Shown: in pieces, positions 56,896 to 64,000 of the stretch
Layout: the number at the start of each line of letters is the position of its first letter
Position numbering within the stretch: position 1 is the first letter of the stretch
Translations under genes and position numbers: made by a program
Assembly: GCA_963715985.1 (NCBI GenBank)
Contig: CAVQSP010000014.1
Coordinates: 704,001-768,000 of the forward strand
Reading direction: 5' to 3'
Source: an uncultured Thermoleophilia bacterium
GTDB lineage: Bacteria > Actinomycetota > Thermoleophilia > UBA2241
Length of the DNA: 64,000 bases
The notes under the pieces: generated by a model
The model's database searches: none
Told to the model about the DNA's origin: nothing
What the model saw: only the letters and a program-made list of their open reading frames with translations

Positions 56896-56922
56896 TCATC
56901 GACGGGGCAGCGATTGACTTGA
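56896..56922 (-). promoter_or_regulatory. sigma-28/WhiG-like promoter TCAAG-N14-GTCGATGA
   Basis: Motif match about 190 nt upstream of the peptidase start. Confidence 0.45.
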
Positions 56923-57113
56923 GACCGACTGCGGTGCTGAGCGCGTGCAAGTGCTGCTCGCCCTGGCAACGCGCCCCCGATGCCGGCTACCGGCGGTCAG
57001 TCCACCTTCAAGGTCCTTCCGCACGTACCGAACACCGCGAAAGCGCCACTACCCGTCTTGGGCCGACTGCCGACGCAGACCCGGTGGGTCTTACCATCGA
57101 CGGCGAATGATGA

Positions 57114-57147
57114 AGAGGGCGCCGGGTCGTGAGACCCGGCGCCCTCT
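57114..57147 (-). terminator. Terminator hairpin after the multicopper oxidase gene
   Basis: AGAGGGCGCCGGGTC-GTGA-GACCCGGCGCCCTCT perfect 15-bp stem. Confidence 0.8.
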
Positions 57148-57182
57148 CAAGGCAGGTGTCCTCTGTCCTCAGAAGGGTGTTC

Positions 57183-60100
57183 TCAGAACACAGTGACCGT
57201 ACCTGGAGCTAAGCCGTAGATGCCCCAGGGGTCAGTGCTGATCGCACGGTAGTAGACGTAGATGCGGTAGCCGACGCCGATGGGGACGTTGAGGTTGACA
57301 CTCTTGTTCGGGTAGCTGTTGGTGCCATCCGCGGGGACGATCGTGCCCATGTACCAGCCGTTGGACTGGCTCACGACCCACATGCTGAACTCGCCTGGAG
57401 CGGAGACCGGGGCGTTCGTCGTCCAGGAGACTTGCAGTGCGCTACCTTGCGCCTGACTCACGACGCCGGTCGGGCTCGTCACTGAGATGGTGGTGAAGCC
57501 CGCCGTCACGTCGACAGTGCCGGGCGCCATGCCGTAGACGCCCCACGGGTCGGCGCTGCTCGCCCTGTAGTAGACGAAGATCCGGTAGCCTGTACCCGCT
57601 GGGACGTTCAGGTTCACGGTCTTGTTCGGGTAGCTGTTGGTGCCATCCGCGGGGACGATCGTGCCCATGTACCAGCCGTTGGACTGGCTCACGACCCACA
57701 TGCTGAACTCGCCTGGAGCGGAGACCGGGACGTTCGTCGTCCACGAGACCGACAGGCCGGAACCTTGCGCGAGAGTCTGAGTGCCGGTCGGGGCCGTCAC
57801 GGAGATGGTGTTCAAGACCGCCGTCACGTCGACCGTGCCGGACGCGATGCCGTAGATGCTCCACGGATCGGCACTGCTGGTCCGGTAGTAGACGAAGATA
57901 CGGTAGCCGGTGCCGGCGGGGACGTCGAGGTTGACGCTCTCGTTCGGGTAGTTGTTGGTGCCATTCGCGGGGACGATCTTGCCCACGTACCAGCCGTTGG
58001 CAGGGCTCACGACCCAGATGCTGAACTGGCCGGACGCTACAGCGCTGTTCGTGGTCCAGGTGACCGGCAAGGCGCTGTTCTGCGGCTGACTGGTAGTGCC
58101 GGTGGGAGCGGTGACGGTGATGGTGGCGAGGTTCGACTGGAACGTCGCGCTGATCGTATGGTTGCCAGTCGTCACGCTCGTGAACGTGTACGTACCTGTC
58201 GACACCGCGGTCGGATTGCTGACTCCGTCCACCAGCACCGTGGCACGGCTGTAGCCGGCGTTCGGCGTGATCGTGTAGGTCACGTTGCTGCCGATAGGCA
58301 CGGTCGTCACGCCGGGCGGTGTGACGCTGCCGCCGGTCCCCGCGGTCGCCGTGATGGTGGCCGTACCCCCCGTGAACGTCGCGCTGATCGAGTGTACCGC
58401 CTGCACGTTGGTGAACGTGTAGGTGCCGGACGTCACCGCGGCCGGCTGGTTGACGGTGTCCACGACCACGGTGGCGATGCGGTAGCCGGCGTTCGGCGTG
58501 ATCGTGAAGGTCTGACTCCCGCCCCTGCCCACGGCCACTGCGCCGGACGGCGTGATGGTGCCGTTGGCGCCGGCACGTCGCCGTGATCGTGAACTGAGGG
58601 CCGGTGATGGCTGTGTTGGACGTCGACTGCACGGTCATGCTCGGGAACTGCAGCCCGTAGCCGACCGTGTTCTGGGCGATGACGCGGTAGTACCGCGTCG
58701 TGGTGGTCGGATTGAAGGTAGACGGATCGGTGAACGTCCGCGCCTGGTGGATGTTCGGCGAGCTCAGCGGCACCTGGATGGTGGTGACGTTGGTCCACGT
58801 GCTGCCGAGGTTGGCCGAGCGCTGCACCACCCATGCGGTCTCGGTGATGGAGTTGTCGTTCCAGTTCAGCACGGCCCTGCGGTTGGACCCACCCGCGGCC
58901 TGCAGCGCGATCAGTGAGCCCGCTCGGCGCGACCGGCGGCAGCGCCAGCGTCTGCGGCCGCATCATGTCCATCTCTTCATGGCTCAGGATGTGGCAGTGC
59001 CAGACGTAGCCCCAGCCGAAGTTGACCAGCACGTTGGTGATCGGGTTGGTCGGGTTGCCCTGCGGATCGATGTTATTGAACTGCGTGGTGGCACCGGTCG
59101 GCATGGCGGGGTTCATGTTGCGGATCGAGTTGGGCACCTCCCACGGGATCTGGGGCACGATCGGGCGCAGGGCGACGATCGTGTCCTCCAGCGGGCTGAT
59201 GCGCACCGTCTCCTTCCAGCCGAGCTCGCCCGGCTCCGTGGGGATGACGATGTTGTCCCAGGTGACCCGGTTCAGGATCTGGACGTCGTAGAGGTGGAAG
59301 TGGATGGGGTGCGTGTCGACGCCGTTGTGGGTGATGCGCCAGATCTGCGTGCCGTCGTTGGCGTCGGTCATCGGCGTGATCTTGACGTCGCTCACGGGAT
59401 TGCCGTTGGTGTCGTAGGTGACGGCGTTCTTGGGCAGCATGGTCCCGTTGATGAGCTCAGTGGTCGGGTTCACGAACGGGTACAGGGTCACGTTCTGCTG
59501 ACCCGCGTTCGGCGGCTGCGCCTCCACGCCCAGGTTGGCCTGCATGCGGCCGAACTCGTCGAAGGTGGACGAGTTCATCTCGTCGTGGATGGCCTTGGGC
59601 TGCAGCGGCATCGTGGTCTTGACGGCCGGCTTGCTGAGCGTGTTGAAGCCGAAGGACATGGTGTCGTTGACGCGCACGAAGCCGTCGCAGACCGTGAACC
59701 CGGGGTTCGGGGCGTTGGGGATGGGGCTGCAGTTGCTGCTCGCGGCGAAGCTGGTGCCGTAGGCCGAGTTGTAGGCGGCCTGGCCGACGATGATGGGGTG
59801 CTGGCTGGCCTCGAACACGCCGCTGCCGTTGGACTTGTGGAGGAAGGCGTTCCTCAGCTTGGTCAGGTTGAAGGCCGCGGCCGGGGTCCCGGCGATCTTC
59901 ACCTGCATGACGGTGCGGGTGTTGGGGCCGTAGCCGGGCAGGATCGTAGGGCGCGCCGACCGGGCTCAGGTCGGGGCCGCCGGTGTAGTAGTCGTAGCTC
60001 GGCACGCGGGCCGGGAACGCGGCCGGCGCGTCGTTGTAGAGGATGAGGGTCTTGCCCGCGAACTGCGAGAAGTCGACGATCACGTCGGCCCGCTCGGCGG

Positions 60101-62812
60101 GAGCCCAGCAGCAATGAGTGCAGGTCCACGTTGCCGACGTCGAAGCGCGTCGGGTCGGTGATCCAGGTGGTCTCCTGCTGGCCGTCCACGACCGTCGGGG
60201 CCGGCAGGAAGCCGCCCTCGCTGCCGATCTGGATCCAGTCAGGGCCGCTGGTCGAGGCGTTGTGCACCGGCGTCGGGAAGACGACCGGGTCGGTCTGGGC
60301 CTGCGCCAGCAGGGTCGGGTCGAGCGCGACCTCGGTGCCGCCGATAGGCTGACCGGCCGCGTTGAGAGCGGTGCTCGCGGTGGTGGGATCGGCCACGTAC
60401 CACTGGAAGTTGAAGAAGCGGTCGTTGGCCGCGTTGAGCACGCGGAAGCGGTAGGTCTTCGGCTGCAGCGTGACCGTCGGGTAGGCGATGCCGTTGACGA
60501 TGGGCGTGTCGTTGAACTGCTCCATGCCGGCCGAGATGTTGGGCGTGCCGGGGATGGTGGCCGGTTCGCAGAACGGGTCTACCTGGTACGTCCACGTGGA
60601 GGGGACGTCGACCTTGCAGTTGGCGTCGAAGAAGGGGTTCGCGATAGGCCCGTACTTGGTGCCCGCCGCCGGCGGCCAGAACCACGGGCCGTACATCCAG
60701 CGTCCGTAGGCGCTCATGCCGCCGGCATCACCGGGGTTCTGCGCCGGCATGTACACGTGGTGGTACCAGAAGTCGCCGTAGTCGCCCCACTTGGTCTTGT
60801 CCCAGGTCGGGTCCTGACCGTAGGAGACGGTGGTGGTGCCTTCGACCTGGTCGTAGAGCTGCGAGTCCTGCGGCACGAAGGTGCGGTCCTGGACGACGAG
60901 CGGGATGGTGTCCGCCGCGCCGGGGATCGTGCCGGTGCTGATGAGCTCCTTCTCCTTGTCGTCGGTGATGAGGTAGCCGGCAGCCTCACCGACGTACACG
61001 TTGAGCCTGGTGATGCCCCACGCGTGGTCGTGGTAGAAGAGCAGCCGGGCGCTCTGCTGGTTGGTGTAGTAGAAGGTCTGGACGCCGTCCGTGGGGGAGT
61101 TGTACCCGGGCATGTCGGGCACGTTCTGGACGTCGACGCCCTGCGGCCAGGCGGTGGTCTCGTTGGCCGGCGTGATCCACTGGTGCGGCGTGCCGTCGCT
61201 GATCCACGGCGTGGTGCCGCCGTGCAGATGCAGGGTGGCGCGGTTCTGCCTGAAGCACCGCGGGTCCTGCGGAGTGTCCGTGCACACGGGGTTGCGCACT
61301 TCGTCCATCACGGTGCCGTTGTTGACCGGCGCCGGCATGGCGACGGGGCCGTCGCCGGTACCCATCAGGGTGCTGTCGGTCGGGAGGAAGAGGTCGCCGG
61401 CCACGCCGGTCGGGAGCAGGTTACGGAAGACGATGCGCACCGGCTTGTCCTTGGTGGCCGCGATGATCGGGCCCAGCCACTGCGGCGGGGTGACGCCGTA
61501 CGCCTGGACCCCACCGATCAGCACGTTGTGGAAGGTGCCGTCCTGCCACTCGTTGACCAGCGGGAAGAGGGCGCCGTGAGCCGGGTGAGCGGCCTGCCAC
61601 GCCGGTGTCGCGATCTGCACGTAGCCGCGCACGAGCGCCCCTCCGGGCATGCTGGAGGAGAAGAGCGAGCGGTACTGCACGACGCCGATCACGTACTCGT
61701 CGGCCATGATGGGCTTGTTGCCGTTGCTGGGGTCTGGGTAGGCCTTCTGCTCCGGCACTGCGAGCGGGATGGCCTTGGAGGCGATGTTGGTGGCCCAGTC
61801 GGCGGGGCAGCTGCCGGGCGTCATGGGGTCGCAGAGCCCGGGCAGGGGATCCACGAACTTCTTGATGCCTCCGCCGCTGAGGTAGCCCGTGCCGCCGGCG
61901 GTGACGTTGATGGCCGTGACGCCGCCGGTGCCGATGGCCGCCGTGGCGGTGGCGCCGGAGCCGCTACCGACGGAGTCGAAGATGTTCACCGTCGGGGCCG
62001 ACGTGTAGCCGGCGCCGAAGGTGTCGAGCACGATGCTCGTGACGCTCAGCGTGCAGGTGGCCGAGGCGCCGGACCCGCCGTTGGCGATGGGGTCCATGAG
62101 CGTGCCGTCGCGGATGACCATGTGGGGAGCAGTGGCGTAGCCGGAGCCGGGGTTGATGATGTCGAGCGACGCGATGGAGCCCCCGGTGCCGAGGTTGGCC
62201 TTCACGACGGCCTGGACCCCGTTGGGGTCGTCCGGCATGTCGATGTCGACCGTCGGCAGCGTGTAGCCGCTGCCGGCGTTGGCGAGGGTGACCGCGTTGA
62301 CGCTGCCGTACGCGCTGGCAGTCGCCGCGGTGGTGGCGCCGCCGCCCGTGAGAGAGACCATGGGGCTCTTGTACCCGGAGCCGTTGGCGCCCACGGTGAT
62401 GCCGGTGACGGCGCCGCTGGAGGTGACCACGGCCGTGGCGGCGGCGCCGGTGCCCGGCGCGCCGGTGATGATGACCGAGGTCGTGCCGGCAGTGTAGCCG
62501 GCGCCGGGAGTGATGACCGAGATGCCGGTGACGGCTCCGTTGCCGTCGACCGTCGCCACAGCCGTGGCGCCCGTGCCGCCACCCGTGCTCGTCACTTCTA
62601 CCGAAGCGTTGGGCAGCGTCAGCGGGCTCAGGGCCCAGTTGGGCCACGGACCGAAGTAGTGGGGGACCTTGGTGTTGTCCGGTCGGGGAGCTCGGGGCGG
62701 CCTTGCCCTGACTCATCTGGATCATGAACAAGGCTGTGAGCAAGGCCACGACCACAAACACGATGATGCTGGCCTTGCCCAGCGTCATGCGCCTGATCAC
62801 TCTGGTACTCAT
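57183..62812 (-). CDS. Giant secreted multicopper oxidase with Gly-rich repeats, FN3-like and InlB-like domains and 3 C-terminal modules; about 5 frameshifts
   Basis: HLHG, FYHDH, HPIHFH and WHCHILSHEEMDMM copper motifs; N-terminal hydrophobic signal; consecutive minus-strand ORFs overlap and join. Confidence 0.85.
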
Positions 62813-63107
62813 GGAACCCCCTTCGTGCGACGTGACTCGTCGCTCCCTGACGCCCACTCTGCCATACGACTCTCGGGGTCCCGAACCCCTTGGCGGGACC
62901 TCTGTTTCTCTGTCTGCCGGGCAAGACGGTGCACCGGCGGCCGGTTTGAGTGCATCATCGCCCGCTTCAACACGGGCGGAATAGCGCACTTGTACCAGTC
63001 TTCACCTAGATGAAAGGCATAGGTTTAGTGGGCTGCGGGCTGCAAAAGGCCCTGCCACCCCGCGGTCGGCGGGACCGCCCGCCCCTCCGGACGACGGTGC
63101 GACCGCG

Positions 63108-63815
63108 TCAGTCAGAGGTGCTCGGGGCCCGGTGCAACGTGTCCTCACGCACCGTGCCGTCGGCCATCTCCAGGTGGCGCGTGCCGAAGGTGACGAGGTG
63201 CCGGGCGTGCGTGACCATGAGGACGGTCAGGGCCTGCTCGGCGTGGATGCGGCGGAAGATCTCCATGATCTCCGCCTCGGTCTCCTCGTCCAGGTCGCTG
63301 CTGGGCTCGTCGGCCAGCAGGAGCTCCGGCCGGTTGATGAGGGCGCGGGCGATGACGACGCGCTGCTGCTGCCCGGCCGAGAGCTCGCGCGGCAGCGCCT
63401 TCGCGCGGTGCCCGAGGCCGACCATGTCCAGCAGCTCGCGGGCCCGCGCCCGGGCATCGGCGTGCTCCTCGCGGCTGAACTCCAGCGGCAGCGTGACGTT
63501 CTGCTCCAGCGAGAGCCCGGGGATGAGGCTCGGGAACTGGAAGACGAAGCCCATGGTGCGGTTGCGCAGGCTGCTGCGCTCGGCGTCGCTGATGTGCCAG
63601 ATGTCGACGCCGTCGACGGTCACCGTCCCGCTGGTCGGCGTCGCGAGGCCGGCGACGACGTTGAGCAGCGTGGTCTTGCCGCAGCCCGATCGCCCCGTGA
63701 TGACGAGGAACTCGCTGGTCTCGATGTCGAGGTCCACGTCGCGTAGCGCGGCGAAGGTCGCGGCCTTGTCGCCGCCGTACGCCTTGCCCACCCCCCGCAG
63801 TGACACAGCCGACAT
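63108..63815 (-). CDS. ABC transporter ATP-binding protein (LolD/MacB-like)
   Basis: GRSGCGKT, LSAGQQQR, LLADEP, VTH. Confidence 0.92.
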   Translation of the reverse strand: MSAVSLRGVGKAYGGDKAATFAALRDVDLDIETSEFLVITGRSGCGKTTLLNVVAGLATPTSGTVTVDGVDIWHISDAERSSLRNRTMGFVFQFPSLIPGLSLEQNVTLPLEFSREEHADARARARELLDMVGLGHRAKALPRELSAGQQQRVVIARALINRPELLLADEPSSDLDEETEAEIMEIFRRIHAEQALTVLMVTHARHLVTFGTRHLEMADGTVREDTLHRAPSTSD

Positions 63816-63820
63816 GGCCC

Positions 63821-64000
63821 TCACTCCCTCATCGAGACGGCCGGCTCCTGGCGCGACGCGCGCAGCGCCGGCACGAACGCCGCCACCGCGGCCACGGCCA
63901 GGGCGATCAGCAGGCCGGCGACGACCAGCCCGAGCAGGCTGACGAGCGACGGCAACAGGATCGGGAAGCCGAGCGCCGAGACGAGCAGGTTGCGGAACAG
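63821..64000 (-). CDS. ABC transporter permease (FtsX-like), 3' end only
   Basis: Hydrophobic TM followed by PALRVAR.QEPAVSMRE*; cut by the window edge. Confidence 0.7.
   Translation of the reverse strand: MFRNLLVSALGFPILLPSLVSLLGLVVAGLLIALAVAAVAAFVPALRASRQEPAVSMRE

Noticed and set aside
53700-58130. Diversity-generating retroelement TR/VR pairs
   Set aside because: The repeats are in-frame protein domains, differences are not adenine-specific, and no reverse transcriptase is present in the window.

Overview
High-GC (~70%) bacterial chromosome segment, most consistent with a deep-branching actinobacterium such as Thermoleophilia (inferred from RNase Y, DapL, a short RsiG-like protein, an FHA+MerR cluster and leaderless genes). 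Bases 1-11.1 kb hold a + strand housekeeping run: QueG-like Fe-S protein, candidate 6S-like RNA, rny, miaB, AmmeMemoRadiSam B/A, miaA, dapF, dapL, hflX, dut and a NUDIX hydrolase. A dif-like site at 11183-11210 lies where gene orientation flips to mostly minus, so this is probably the replication terminus. Next come apt, a signalling cluster (FtsR-like MerR, zinc-ribbon/FHA, single-motif RsiG-like anti-sigma, DUF4388, mglB-mglA), a VanW-like gene, an M1P guanylyltransferase/PMM fusion, a pgsA-like gene, an SGNH hydrolase, tRNA-Pro(GGG), small accessory genes and proS. From 30 to 64 kb is a cell-surface region: gmd/fcl, a Wzx/Wzy-type polysaccharide locus with four methyltransferases and an IS630, and large secreted proteins (C1 peptidase, giant multicopper oxidase, Ig/InlB-repeat proteins) that share an unexplained ~105-aa C-terminal module. 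Many genes carry 1-bp frameshifts, probably long-read assembly errors. Top leads are the shared C-terminal module beside the polysaccharide locus (possible surface-anchoring system) and the MglAB/RsiG locus with sigma-28-like promoters. No database searches were run; all calls come from reading motifs in the sequence.
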